From Deltaproteobacteria bacterium (GTDB lineage: Bacteria > Desulfobacterota > Binatia > DP-6): a stretch of DNA of 64,000 nucleotides. How positions within the stretch are numbered: position 1 is the stretch's first letter; every line of letters begins with the position of its first letter. Shown one piece after another: positions 8,656 through 18,181 of the stretch. The position numbers were made by a program, and so were the translations under genes. The stretch spans positions 7,427 through 71,426 of the forward strand of contig VBKJ01000127.1 of NCBI GenBank assembly GCA_005879795.1, read 5' to 3'. Below the pieces are notes generated by a model. That model saw nothing but the letters and a program-made list of their open reading frames with translations. It was not told the DNA's origin and ran no database searches.

Positions 8656-10566
8656 ATGCTCGCCGCCGCCGCGCTCGCCGGGATCGTGTTCGCCGTTTAC
8701 GCGGCCGGCGCCTGCCCCACGATCTATGTCGGTGACAGCGGCGACCTGGTCACCGCGGTTCACGTCTTGGGCATCCCGCATCCGACCGGCTACCCGCTCT
8801 ACGTGCTCCTCGGCAAGCTCTGGTCGGTCCTAATTCCCGTGGGCACGGTGGCCTGGCGGATGAGCCTCTTCAGCGCCGTCTGCGCCGCAGCGGCTTGCGG
8901 GGCATTGTATCGGCTCTGCCGGAGCCTGGCGCTCCACCCGGTTGCGGCGGCCTTCTCGGCGCTCGTCCTGGCGTTCAGTCCGAGCTTCTGGTCGGAGGCG
9001 AACGTCCAGAGGGTATACGGCCTGGGGGCGCTGTTCGTCGTACTGGCCACGACGGCCGCTTGGCGCTGGCAGGTCCGCCGGGACGGGACGAGCCTCGCGT
9101 GGGCATCGTTCCTGTGCGGCTTCGGGGCCGCCAACCATGCCTTCATGGCCGTCTACGCACTTGCCCTCGGCGGTCTCGTACTCACGGCGGAGCCGGCCAT
9201 CCTGCGCTCGCCGCGGCGCGTCGTGGCGGCGGGCGGCGCGTTCTGCGCCGGGCTGCTTCCCTACCTCTACCTGCCGTTGCGCGCGCGGGCGCATCCGCCG
9301 CTCGCTTGGGGCGACCCGCAGACGCTCGGGGGATTCTTCAGGGTGGTCTCGCGCCGGGAGTTCTGGGGCCGTGCGTGGCTGGAAGGTCCGGCCGACCTGC
9401 CGGTCATCGCGGCGAACTACCTCGGGAGCTTCCGCGCGGAGCTCACCTGGGCCGGCGTCGCCCTCGCGCTGGTGGGGACGGCGGCCGGCCGCCGCCGGCG
9501 CTGGCCGGTGCTGCTTCCCGGGCTCGTCATGGCCGGGAACTTCGGGCTGCTGGCCGCTCATGGCTCGCGTCATGACCTCTTCACGTGGCACCGCTACTAC
9601 ATCCCGTCTTACGTGATGGCGGCGTTCCTCGCAGGGCTCGGAGCCCAGGTAGTGCTCGAGCGGCTGCCTGCGATGCTCCGCTTCCTTCCGCTGCTGGTCC
9701 CGGCTCTCCTGCTGGCGCTGGGGTGGCGGACCTTCGACCGGAGCCGCTACCGGATCGCGGAGGACTTCGGCACCGCGGTCCTCCAATCCCTACCCCCGGG
9801 CGCTCACCTCGCTGGGGCGGACGACAACGTGCTCTTCACCCTCATGTATCTTCACCTCGTCGAGCGGCGGCGGCCGGACGTGGACCTCATCATGCAGGGC
9901 GTGGGCGGCATGGAACTGCCGCCGCTGCGCTTCGATCCGGAGAACGACCCGCTGTTCTTCACCCATCACCCCAACTGGGATCATCCGTTGCTCGACGTCG
10001 TGCCCGTGGGACTCGTCTTCCGGGTGTGGCCAGCCCGCCGGCCGCCTCCGCCCGCGGCGGCCACTGCGGAGGCGCTGGACGGCGAGCGCGATCCGCGGGT
10101 GCCGAAGGACGATCTGACGCGAAGCCTGATCGGCCACTTCCACTACATGCGCGGGGTCACCTTCGCGCGCGGCGACTGGCCTCGCGCCCGGCGCGAGTTC
10201 GCGCTCGCCGGCGCGACCGCGGACGACGACGACGTGCTCTTCTACAACCTGGGTCTCGTTTTCCAGCGCAACGGGCTCCTCGAGGACGCTCTCGCCGCCT
10301 TCCGGCGCTCGCACGCGATCAACCCCCGGCACCTGGCGAGCCAGAGACGGCCACGTGCCACCGACCGGGTGGCGGAGCTCACGGCCGAGGAGAAACGGCT
10401 CGAGGCGATCGAAGAGGATCTGGTCCGCGACCCGACACTCCTCCCGCTCGCACCCGACACGCCTGCCTATCACCGGCAGCTGGCGACGCTTCTCGAGCGG
10501 CAGGGCGAGCCCCTGGCCGCGCACGGCCACCGCCTGAAGGCTCTCGAGATCGACGCCGGTGCTTGA
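8656..10566 (+). CDS. DUF2723-family (TMEM260-like) polytopic membrane protein with C-terminal TPR repeats. It is a putative GT-C-type protein glycosyltransferase.
   Basis: Signature YVGDSGDLVTAVHVLGIPHPTGYPLY (the D..E/D....Y.LG..HPPG.PL motif of DUF2723). Multiple TM helices. TPR-like C-terminus (FYNLGLVFQRNGLLEDALAAFRRSHAINP). The start is taken at MLAAAALAG. Confidence 0.7.
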   Translation: MLAAAALAGIVFAVYAAGACPTIYVGDSGDLVTAVHVLGIPHPTGYPLYVLLGKLWSVLIPVGTVAWRMSLFSAVCAAAACGALYRLCRSLALHPVAAAFSALVLAFSPSFWSEANVQRVYGLGALFVVLATTAAWRWQVRRDGTSLAWASFLCGFGAANHAFMAVYALALGGLVLTAEPAILRSPRRVVAAGGAFCAGLLPYLYLPLRARAHPPLAWGDPQTLGGFFRVVSRREFWGRAWLEGPADLPVIAANYLGSFRAELTWAGVALALVGTAAGRRRRWPVLLPGLVMAGNFGLLAAHGSRHDLFTWHRYYIPSYVMAAFLAGLGAQVVLERLPAMLRFLPLLVPALLLALGWRTFDRSRYRIAEDFGTAVLQSLPPGAHLAGADDNVLFTLMYLHLVERRRPDVDLIMQGVGGMELPPLRFDPENDPLFFTHHPNWDHPLLDVVPVGLVFRVWPARRPPPPAAATAEALDGERDPRVPKDDLTRSLIGHFHYMRGVTFARGDWPRARREFALAGATADDDDVLFYNLGLVFQRNGLLEDALAAFRRSHAINPRHLASQRRPRATDRVAELTAEEKRLEAIEEDLVRDPTLLPLAPDTPAYHRQLATLLERQGEPLAAHGHRLKALEIDAGA

Positions 10567-10597
10567 CCGCCTCCGCGCCTCGTCCTACCGGAGTGCG

Positions 10598-12556
10598 ATG
10601 GGCATGCGCTACCTCCTGGTGCTGGCCGCGCTCGCCTCCTTCGCCCTCGGCTGCGGCGCGAACCCCTCGACGGAGCGCATCGTCGTGCTCGGCCTCGATG
10701 GCGTCGACCCGCGGATCGTCGATCTGCTGATGGCCGAAGGCAAGATGCCGAACTTCGCCAGGCTCCGGCAGGAGGGCGCCTACGGGCGCCTGCTCAGCAG
10801 CGAGCCGATGCTCAGCCCGATCCTCTGGACGACCATCGCGACGGGCAAGCCCCCGCAGGAGCACGGCATCGGGCACTTCGTGGCGGTGAACGAGAAGACC
10901 GGCGAGCAGTTGCCCGTGACCAGCCAGATGCGCCGAGTGAAGGCGATCTGGAACATCCTCTCCGACGCCGGCCGGCGCGTGGCCGTGGTCGGTTGGTGGG
11001 CCACGTGGCCGGCGGAGACCGTACGCGGCACGATCGTCAGCGACCACGTCTGCTATCATTTCTTGCTGAGCGACGGGGCCGCAGAGGAAGGGCGCGCGCC
11101 CGGTATCACGTTCCCGGCCGAGGCGCAGGCCGAGCTGGCCCCCCTGATCCGCCGCCCGGGCGACGTGACGCTCGCGGAGGCGGCGCGCTTCGTCCACGTC
11201 GGCGCGGAGGCCTTCGCCCGTCCCTTCGCCTTCAGCGACGACCTGAGCCAGTTCAGGTGGGCGCTGGCGACGGCCGAGAGCTACCGGCGAATCGGCCTGC
11301 ACCTCTGGGAGCGCGAGCGACCGGACCTCCTCATGGTCTACGTCGAGGGCGTCGACTCGACGTCGCACCTGTTCGGACACCTCTTCCGCGCCTCGGGACT
11401 CGCGGGCGAGCTCGCGGCGCAGCAGGAGCACTACGGAGGGACCGTCGAGGAGATGTACCGCTACGCCGACGGCCTCGTCGGCGACTTCACGCGGGTGCTC
11501 GACCGCCGCTCGACCCTCGTCGTGCTGTCCGATCACGGCTTCGAGCTCGGCGCCGTGCCGGATGATCCCAGCAAGACGCGCGACATGCGCCGCGTGAGCG
11601 AGCGCTATCATCGGCGCGAAGGCATCGTCTACCTCTACGGGAACCGCGTGAGGCCCCGCGGCCGCCTCGATCAGCCGAGGCAGCTCGACGTGACGCCGAC
11701 GCTGCTCGCGCTCGCCGGCCTCGCACCCGCGCGGGACATGCCCGGCCGGGTGTGGACGGAAGCGCTCGACGTGAACGCGGAGCCGCCGTCGGTCGCCAGC
11801 TACGAGACAGAACGGTCCCGCGGGGGTGAGGGCGCGACCGACGCGGCCGTCGATCCCGCCATCCTCGAGCGGCTGCGCAGCCTCGGCTACCTGGGCGCGC
11901 GCTCACCGGAGGGCGACCGCAACCTCGCTGCCCTGCACTTCGAGGCCGGGCGCTATGCCGAGGCCGTGGAGGCGTACGAAGGCCTGGTGCGCCAGCACCC
12001 CGAGGACAGCGGCCTGCAGACGAGCCTCGCGGGCGCGCTCGGGGCGCTCGGACGACTCGATGAGGCCCTCGAGCACCTCGACGTGGCGCTCCGGCTCGAC
12101 CCCATCAACCCCGAGGCTCACCACAACCGGGCGGTCATCTTCGAGCGGCAGGGAAAGCGCGAGGCGGCGAGCGAGGAGTACCGCACGGCCCTTCGTTATA
12201 ATCCGCAGTACGAGCCGTCGCGGGAGGCGCTCATCCGTCTGACGGGATCGGCGCGTGTGAACCAGCCCCAGACCGACGCGGAGAAGCTCGCCGCCGCGCT
12301 CGCAGAGCAGGCGAGCCAGGCGGCCCGCCGGGGGGATTATCCGGCGGCCCTGAAGGCGCTCGACGAGGCCGCGCGCATCGCGCCGCGTTACGCTCTCGTG
12401 TACCAGTATCGCTCCAATGTCGCGTACCTCATGGGCGATCGGCAGGGCGCGATTGCCGCACTGCGCAAAGCCCTCGAGCTCGAGCCGGACAACGCGCTCT
12501 ACCGGACCAACCTGCAGCGCCTCGAACAGCCCCACCCCGGGTTCAATCCCGGATAG
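10598..12556 (+). CDS. Lipoprotein of the type-I phosphodiesterase / nucleotide pyrophosphatase (AlkP) superfamily with C-terminal TPR repeats
   Basis: Lipobox LAALASFALGC. Catalytic motifs VVLGLDGVDP, TIATGKPPQEHGI, YVEGVDSTSHLFG and VLSDHGF. TPR repeats at the C-terminus. Confidence 0.75.
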   Translation: MGMRYLLVLAALASFALGCGANPSTERIVVLGLDGVDPRIVDLLMAEGKMPNFARLRQEGAYGRLLSSEPMLSPILWTTIATGKPPQEHGIGHFVAVNEKTGEQLPVTSQMRRVKAIWNILSDAGRRVAVVGWWATWPAETVRGTIVSDHVCYHFLLSDGAAEEGRAPGITFPAEAQAELAPLIRRPGDVTLAEAARFVHVGAEAFARPFAFSDDLSQFRWALATAESYRRIGLHLWERERPDLLMVYVEGVDSTSHLFGHLFRASGLAGELAAQQEHYGGTVEEMYRYADGLVGDFTRVLDRRSTLVVLSDHGFELGAVPDDPSKTRDMRRVSERYHRREGIVYLYGNRVRPRGRLDQPRQLDVTPTLLALAGLAPARDMPGRVWTEALDVNAEPPSVASYETERSRGGEGATDAAVDPAILERLRSLGYLGARSPEGDRNLAALHFEAGRYAEAVEAYEGLVRQHPEDSGLQTSLAGALGALGRLDEALEHLDVALRLDPINPEAHHNRAVIFERQGKREAASEEYRTALRYNPQYEPSREALIRLTGSARVNQPQTDAEKLAAALAEQASQAARRGDYPAALKALDEAARIAPRYALVYQYRSNVAYLMGDRQGAIAALRKALELEPDNALYRTNLQRLEQPHPGFNPG

Positions 12557-12565
12557 CCCGTAGGC

Positions 12566-13513
12566 ATGGCGGTGTCGCATGACCAGGCCAGCGCCGCCGG
12601 GCGGCCGCTCACCGCAGCCGTCGTCGTCAGCTGGGAGGGCGGGGCGACGACCGACCGCTGCGTCGGGTCGCTGCTAGCGCAGGAGAGCGCCCCGGACGCC
12701 GTGCTGGTCGTCGACAACGCCTCGAGTGAGGCCGAACGGGCGAGGCTGCGCGAGGTCTGGGGCGCCCGCGTGCGGCTCATCCTCCTCGATGACAACCGGC
12801 AGTTCGCGGGCGGACTGAACGCAGGCGCGCGCGCGGCCTTCGCGGCTGGTGCGGAGCGCGTCCTGCTGCTGAACAACGACACGGTCCTCGCGCCCGACGC
12901 GCTCCGCCGGCTCGGGGCGGCGCTCGACGCGGCGCCGGCCGCCGGCATCGCGGGCCCGCTGGTCGTGTACGCGGACCAGCCGGGCCGCATCCTCAGCGCC
13001 GGCGAGCGCCATCTCCTTCCGCTCCTCTGCGTACCGCGGACGCTCCTCCGGCATCGACCCGGCGGCGCGACCGGGGCCTATCCGGTCCAGGGCGTGATGG
13101 GCTGCGCGATGCTCGTGACGCGCGCGTGCTTCGAGGCGGTCGGCGGCTTCTCGGAGGAGATCGAGGTCTACTACGAGGACGTCGACTTCTGCGTCGGCGC
13201 GCGCGCCTGCGGCTTCGGCGCCGTCGTCGAGCCGGGTGCCGTCGTGTACCACGATGGGTTCCGCGGCTTCGTGGCCGGGCTCACGCCGTGGGCGGCGTTC
13301 CTGAAGGCGCGCAATCCGTGGCTCCTCGTGCGGCGCCGTGGCGGGCCGGGTACGTGGCTCACGTTCGTGCCGACGTACCTGGTGATGATCGGCGCGAGCG
13401 CCACGCTCTACGCGGTCCGCGGACGCGGCGACATCAGCCGCGCGCTGGCGCGCGGCGCCCTCCACGGGCTGCGGGCCGCGGTCGGGGGCCGGCGGACCCC
13501 GGCGGGTCCATGA
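12566..13513 (+). CDS. Family-2 glycosyltransferase
   Basis: Contains VVVDNASSE...LNAGARAAF...LLLNNDTV and a GT-A DxD-type core. Its stop overlaps the next gene start (ATGA). Confidence 0.8.
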   Translation: MAVSHDQASAAGRPLTAAVVVSWEGGATTDRCVGSLLAQESAPDAVLVVDNASSEAERARLREVWGARVRLILLDDNRQFAGGLNAGARAAFAAGAERVLLLNNDTVLAPDALRRLGAALDAAPAAGIAGPLVVYADQPGRILSAGERHLLPLLCVPRTLLRHRPGGATGAYPVQGVMGCAMLVTRACFEAVGGFSEEIEVYYEDVDFCVGARACGFGAVVEPGAVVYHDGFRGFVAGLTPWAAFLKARNPWLLVRRRGGPGTWLTFVPTYLVMIGASATLYAVRGRGDISRALARGALHGLRAAVGGRRTPAGP

Positions 13514-14643
13514 GGATCTGCTTCGTGAGCCAGCAGGTCGCGGACATCCGCACCGGGGTCGGCATGTACGCGAACGAGCTCATCCCGGCGGTGGCGGAAG
13601 CCGGTCACCGAACGACGCTCGTCGCCCGAGGGCGAGCACCCGGCTGGAAGGACGTCGACCACCACCCGGTGCCCGCGGTGCCGAGGGACCCGACGCCCGA
13701 GGGCTGGCTCTCCTTCGCCTGGATCGCGGCGCGCCGGCTCGGTGCGCTCGGCGGCGCGCGCGCCTTCGACGTGGTCCACTTCCTCGATGCCCGCGAGGCC
13801 TTGTTCGCGCGGCGCGCCGACGGCGCCTCGCTCGTCGGGACGGTACACGACTGCTATCTCGCCGCCGCGTCCCCCGACCTTTCGTACTGGCGCAGCCGCT
13901 ACAGCGACTGGGTGCGCCGCTGGGCCTACCATCGGCTGGCGCGCCGTCTCGAGCGAGCGGCACTTCGCAAGCTCGACGCGCTGATCGCCAACTCCCGCTA
14001 CGTCGAGCGCCAGGTGGGGGCGGCCTACGCGCTGCCGCCCCGGGCGCTGCGCACGATCTACCACGGCTTCCGCTTCGGCTGGGAGGCGCGGTCGGCTGGC
14101 TCGCCGAGCTCGGACGTGCTCTTCGTCGGCGCCAACTTCGAGCGGAAGGGGCTCCCCGGGCTCCTCCGCGCGCTCGCCCGCGTGCGCGAGCGCGTGCCCG
14201 ACGTCCACCTGCACGTCGCGGGCGACCACCCCTCCAGGCGCCACATGGAAGGCCTCGCGGGCGAACTCGGGCTCGCGGAGCACGTGATCTTCCACGGTTT
14301 CCTTCCTCGCGCCGACGTGGCGGCGCTCTATCGGGGGGCCGCCGTGCTGGCGCTTCCGTCCGAGGTGGAGGGCTTCGGCATCACGCTGATGGAGGCGATG
14401 CACTCGGGCGTCCCGGTCATCGCGAGCACGGAGGGGGGGAGCGCGGAGCTGGTGCGCGACGGCTGGAACGGGTTCCTGGTGGCGCCCGGCGACGTCGCCG
14501 CCCTGGCCGACCGGCTCCTCGTGCTCCTCACCGACGGGCAGCGGCGCGCGGAGATGGCGGCGAACGGACGCGAGACGGCGGGGCGCTACCCGCTCGCACG
14601 CATGGTCGCGGAGACGCTTGCCGTCTACCGGGAGGTCGCGTGA
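13510..14643 (+). CDS. Family-1/4 (GT-B) glycosyltransferase
   Basis: N-terminus MRICFVSQQ. C-terminal EX7E region SEVEGFGITLMEAMHSGVPVIAS. Its stop overlaps the next gene start (GTGA). Confidence 0.85.
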   Translation: MRICFVSQQVADIRTGVGMYANELIPAVAEAGHRTTLVARGRAPGWKDVDHHPVPAVPRDPTPEGWLSFAWIAARRLGALGGARAFDVVHFLDAREALFARRADGASLVGTVHDCYLAAASPDLSYWRSRYSDWVRRWAYHRLARRLERAALRKLDALIANSRYVERQVGAAYALPPRALRTIYHGFRFGWEARSAGSPSSDVLFVGANFERKGLPGLLRALARVRERVPDVHLHVAGDHPSRRHMEGLAGELGLAEHVIFHGFLPRADVAALYRGAAVLALPSEVEGFGITLMEAMHSGVPVIASTEGGSAELVRDGWNGFLVAPGDVAALADRLLVLLTDGQRRAEMAANGRETAGRYPLARMVAETLAVYREVA

Positions 14644-15533
14644 GCCGCATCAGCGCGGTCGTCGTCCACTGGCGCGACCCGGCCGCGACGCTCGCCTGCC
14701 TCGCGAGCCTCGCCCGGGAGCCCGAGATCGACGTCCTGGTTGTCGACAACGGCTCGCGCCACCCGCTCGCCGTGCCGCCCGGCGTCCGCTGCGTGCGGAG
14801 CGAGGAGAACCGCGGCTACGCGGGCGGCGCGAACCTCGGCATCCGCGACGCGCTCGCCCGCCGCGCAGAGGTCGTCCTCCTCCTGAACGACGATGTGCGC
14901 GTTCATCCCGGCGCGGCGTGCTCAGCCCTCCGCGTGCTCGACCGGGATCCGCGCGTCGCGGCCGTCGGCGCGAAGGTCCTCGCGCGCGAGGATCCGCAGC
15001 GGCTCTGGCTCGCGTGGGGCCGGGTGACGTACCGGCAGAGCCTCGTCGCCCTCTGCGGGGCAGGAGAGCTCGACGGGCCCGCCTACGCCGAGGAGCGGGA
15101 CGTGGAGTGGATCGCGGGGTGCGCCATGTGGCTCCGCGCCCGTGCGCTCGCCGCGGTCGGCCTCTTCGACGAGGAGTTCTTCGCTTACCACGAGGAGGTG
15201 GAGTGGTGCGCGCGGGCGCGCGCGGCGGGATGGCGTGTCGTCTACTGCCCGGACGCCGTGGTGACGCACGGGGGACGGGGGACGTCGAAGGCCGCCGCGT
15301 CGGTGCGTGTCCGCAAGTACTTCACGGCCCGGAACATGGTCCTCTACGCACGCCGCCACGCGAGCCCGGTGCAACGCGCGAAGCTCGCCTGCTTCCTGGT
15401 CGGCACGCTGCCGCTGCAGCTCCTCTGGAACCTGCCGCGCGGGCGCGCGGGCGAGGTCGTGCTGAAGATGCGCGGCGTGCGCGACGCCCTCACGGGCCGC
15501 CGCCCGCCGTTCGAGGCGCTGGGGTTGCGGTGA
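14640..15533 (+). CDS. Family-2 glycosyltransferase (rhamnosyltransferase-like)
   Basis: Contains AVVVHWRDP...VVDNGS...NRGYAGGANLG...EWIAGCAMWLR. Confidence 0.8.
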   Translation: MSRISAVVVHWRDPAATLACLASLAREPEIDVLVVDNGSRHPLAVPPGVRCVRSEENRGYAGGANLGIRDALARRAEVVLLLNDDVRVHPGAACSALRVLDRDPRVAAVGAKVLAREDPQRLWLAWGRVTYRQSLVALCGAGELDGPAYAEERDVEWIAGCAMWLRARALAAVGLFDEEFFAYHEEVEWCARARAAGWRVVYCPDAVVTHGGRGTSKAAASVRVRKYFTARNMVLYARRHASPVQRAKLACFLVGTLPLQLLWNLPRGRAGEVVLKMRGVRDALTGRRPPFEALGLR

Positions 15534-15600
15534 GCGGCTATCTGGACTCGGCGCGCACGCCGACGTAGCGTGCCCGCCGCCACAGCCGAGGAGGTCTGCC

Positions 15601-16800
15601 ATGGACTTCGAGCCGTCACCCAGGGTGCGCGAGCTCCGGGACCGCATCGCGGAGTTCATGGACCGCCACATCTATCCCGCCGAGGCCGAGATCGCGGCCG
15701 AGGCCGACCTGGTCCGGCCCGGCGTGCCGTACCCGCCGACGCTGCTGCCCATCCGGCAGAAGGCCAGGGCGGCCGGCCTCTGGAACCTCTTCCTCCCCGA
15801 CGAGCAGTACGGCGCCGGGCTCAAGAACTGGGAGTACGGCATCCTCTGCGAGCTGATGGGCCGCAGCCTGGCCGCGCCGGTCGCCTTCAACTGCTCGGCG
15901 CCTGACACGGGCAACATCGAGATCCTGGCCGAGTTCGGCACGCCCGAGCAGAAGAAGCGCTGGCTCGAGCCGCTCCTCGAGGGCGAGATCCGGAGCTGCT
16001 TCTCGATGACCGAGCCCGAGGTCGCCGGCTCCGACCCGACGCTGCTCCGCACCCGCGCCGTGCGCACCGGCGACCACTGGGTCATCAACGGCCACAAGTG
16101 GTTCACCTCGGGCGCCATCGGCGCGAGCGTGGCGATCGTGATGGCGGTCACCGACCCGGAGGCTGCGCCGCATCTCCGCGCCAGCATGCTCGTCGTGCCG
16201 ATCGACACCCCGGGGCTGAACATCATCCGCCCGGTGCCGGTCATGGGCCACACGGGCGGCGGCGGGCACTGCGAGATCCGCTACGAGGACTGCCGCGTGC
16301 CGGCGGCGAGCGTGCTCGGTCCCGTGGGCGCCGGCTTCATGATCGCCCAGGCGCGCCTCGGGCCCGGGCGCATCCACCACTGCATGCGCGCCATCGGCGG
16401 CGCCGAGCGCGCGCTCGAGATGATGTGCCGGCGCGCCAACTCCCGCATCGCCTTCGGCGAGCCGCTCGCCAAGAAGCAGTTCGTGCAGGAGATGATCGCC
16501 ACCTCGCGCATGGAGATCGACCAGGCGCGCCTCCTCTGCCTCCACGCCGCCTGGAAGATGGACACGGTTGGCAAGAAGGAGGCCCGGCAGGAGATCTCGA
16601 TGATCAAGGTGGTGGCGGCGAACGTCTTCATGAACGTGCTCGACCGTGCCATTCAGGTGCACGGCGCGCTCGGCGTGTCGGACGACACGCCGCTCGCACG
16701 CATGTGGCGCGACGGGCGCATGCTCCGGCTCGCCGACGGCCCCGACGAGGTGCACAAGCAGACCATTGCGCGCCGCGAGCTGGCGAGGTTCGCGTCATGA
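15601..16800 (+). CDS. Acyl-CoA dehydrogenase family protein
   Basis: ACAD N/M/C domains. SD GAGGAGG 7 nt upstream of the ATG. Confidence 0.85.
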   Translation: MDFEPSPRVRELRDRIAEFMDRHIYPAEAEIAAEADLVRPGVPYPPTLLPIRQKARAAGLWNLFLPDEQYGAGLKNWEYGILCELMGRSLAAPVAFNCSAPDTGNIEILAEFGTPEQKKRWLEPLLEGEIRSCFSMTEPEVAGSDPTLLRTRAVRTGDHWVINGHKWFTSGAIGASVAIVMAVTDPEAAPHLRASMLVVPIDTPGLNIIRPVPVMGHTGGGGHCEIRYEDCRVPAASVLGPVGAGFMIAQARLGPGRIHHCMRAIGGAERALEMMCRRANSRIAFGEPLAKKQFVQEMIATSRMEIDQARLLCLHAAWKMDTVGKKEARQEISMIKVVAANVFMNVLDRAIQVHGALGVSDDTPLARMWRDGRMLRLADGPDEVHKQTIARRELARFAS

Positions 16801-17771
16801 GGTTCGGACTGCAGGTCGGCTTCCCGGACTGGAGGCAGCTCCGCGACGTGGCGCAGGCGGCGGAGGCCCTCGGCTTCCACTCGATCTACTTCCCCGACCA
16901 CCTCGTGCACGAGGGACCGGAGCGCCAGCGCGACGACCATCCCGCCTACGACCCGATGGTGCAGGCGGCGGTGGCGGTCGAGGCGACCCGGCGCGTCCGC
17001 ATCGGCCATCTCGTCCTCTGCAACCTCTTCCGCCATCCGGCCGTCACCGCCCGCAGCCTCGCGACGCTCGACGAGCTCTCGGGCGGCCGTCTCGTCGCCG
17101 GGCTCGGCGCGGGCTGGACCGAGAGCGAGTTCCGGATGACGGGCATCGCGTTCCCGGACGTGACGACCCGGCTCCGCATGCTCGACGAAGCGCTCGCCTG
17201 CCTGCACGGGCTCTGGGGCGGCGACGCGTTCAGCTTCGCGGGCGAGTTCTACCGCTTCCGGGACGCGGCGCTCTTCCCCAAGCCCGCGCAGCGGCCGCAC
17301 CCGCCGTTCCTCGTGGGCGGGAGCGGCCGCGGGCTCCTGCGTCTCGCCGCCAAGCACGCCGACGAGCTCAACATCATCAGTGCGACCGGGAAGACGGGCT
17401 ACATCGCGCTCGCCGAGGTGAGCAAGCTGACCGACGAGAGCTTCCGCGCCAAGGTCCGCTTCGCGCGCGAGGAGGCGGCGCGCCACGGCCGCGACGGCAG
17501 GTCGATCCGGATCAGCCAGACGATCTTCACCCTCATCCTGACCGACGCCCCGCAGGCCACGCGCGCGATCGCCGAGAACTTCGGCAAGATGCTCGGCCAG
17601 GGTCCGGAGGCCGTGCTCCGCTCGCCCCTCTGCCTGATCGGCACCCCCGAGGACTGCGTCGCCGAGCTCGCGCGCCGGGCGCGGGAGTGGGACGTCACGG
17701 AGACGATCTTCGCCTACCGCGGCGACGACGTGCTCCGGCGGCTCGGGGAGGAAGTGCTGCCGCGGGTGTAG
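16797..17771 (+). CDS. LLM-class (luciferase-like, possibly F420-dependent) oxidoreductase
   Basis: Starts MRFGLQVGFPDW...HSIYFPDHL. ATGA-coupled to the ACAD gene. The N-terminal 233 aa of track ORF 16098.. are an out-of-frame overlap. Confidence 0.75.
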   Translation: MRFGLQVGFPDWRQLRDVAQAAEALGFHSIYFPDHLVHEGPERQRDDHPAYDPMVQAAVAVEATRRVRIGHLVLCNLFRHPAVTARSLATLDELSGGRLVAGLGAGWTESEFRMTGIAFPDVTTRLRMLDEALACLHGLWGGDAFSFAGEFYRFRDAALFPKPAQRPHPPFLVGGSGRGLLRLAAKHADELNIISATGKTGYIALAEVSKLTDESFRAKVRFAREEAARHGRDGRSIRISQTIFTLILTDAPQATRAIAENFGKMLGQGPEAVLRSPLCLIGTPEDCVAELARRAREWDVTETIFAYRGDDVLRRLGEEVLPRV

Positions 17772-17920
17772 CCACCCCGCCGCGAGCCGGACTCGACCCG
17801 GGGCCCGGCGAGCGGCGCCACCACGCGCGCGTCGCGCGGGCGACCGGCCCGCACCGTCGCCCCCGCGCGTTGCCGGGCTCACGACCCTGTGCTAGTCAAC
17901 CTCGATTTCGAGGAGGGCGT

Positions 17921-18139
17921 TTGGCTCGCGACGATCTGATCCAGATCAAGGGCACGATCACCGAGGCGCTCGCCGGGGGGAACTACCGCGTGAAGGGCGA
18001 CAACGGGATGGAGTTCCTTGCCAAGATCGGCGGGCGCATGCGTCGCTACCACATCCGCGTCATTCCCGGCGATCGGGTGACCATCGCCGTGTCACCCTAC
18101 GATCCCACCCACGGGCTGATCGTCTTCCGCGGCGGGTAA
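17921..18139 (+). CDS. infA: Translation initiation factor IF-1
   Basis: Contains KGTITEALAGGNYRVKGDNGMEFLAKIGGRMRRYHIRVIPGDRVTIAVSPYDPTHGLIVFR. TTG start with SD AGGAGGG upstream. Confidence 0.85.
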   Translation: MARDDLIQIKGTITEALAGGNYRVKGDNGMEFLAKIGGRMRRYHIRVIPGDRVTIAVSPYDPTHGLIVFRGG

Positions 18140-18181
18140 CGCGGGCGCCGGGGCGCCGGCGGCGCCCCGCTCCGTCGCTTG

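Noticed and set aside
16098-18139. 557-aa and 497-aa ORFs (16098-17771 plus, 16646-18139 plus)
   Set aside because: Only the C-terminal parts are genuine: the LLM oxidoreductase from ATG 16797, and infA from TTG 17921. The upstream portions overlap the ACAD/LLM genes out of frame.
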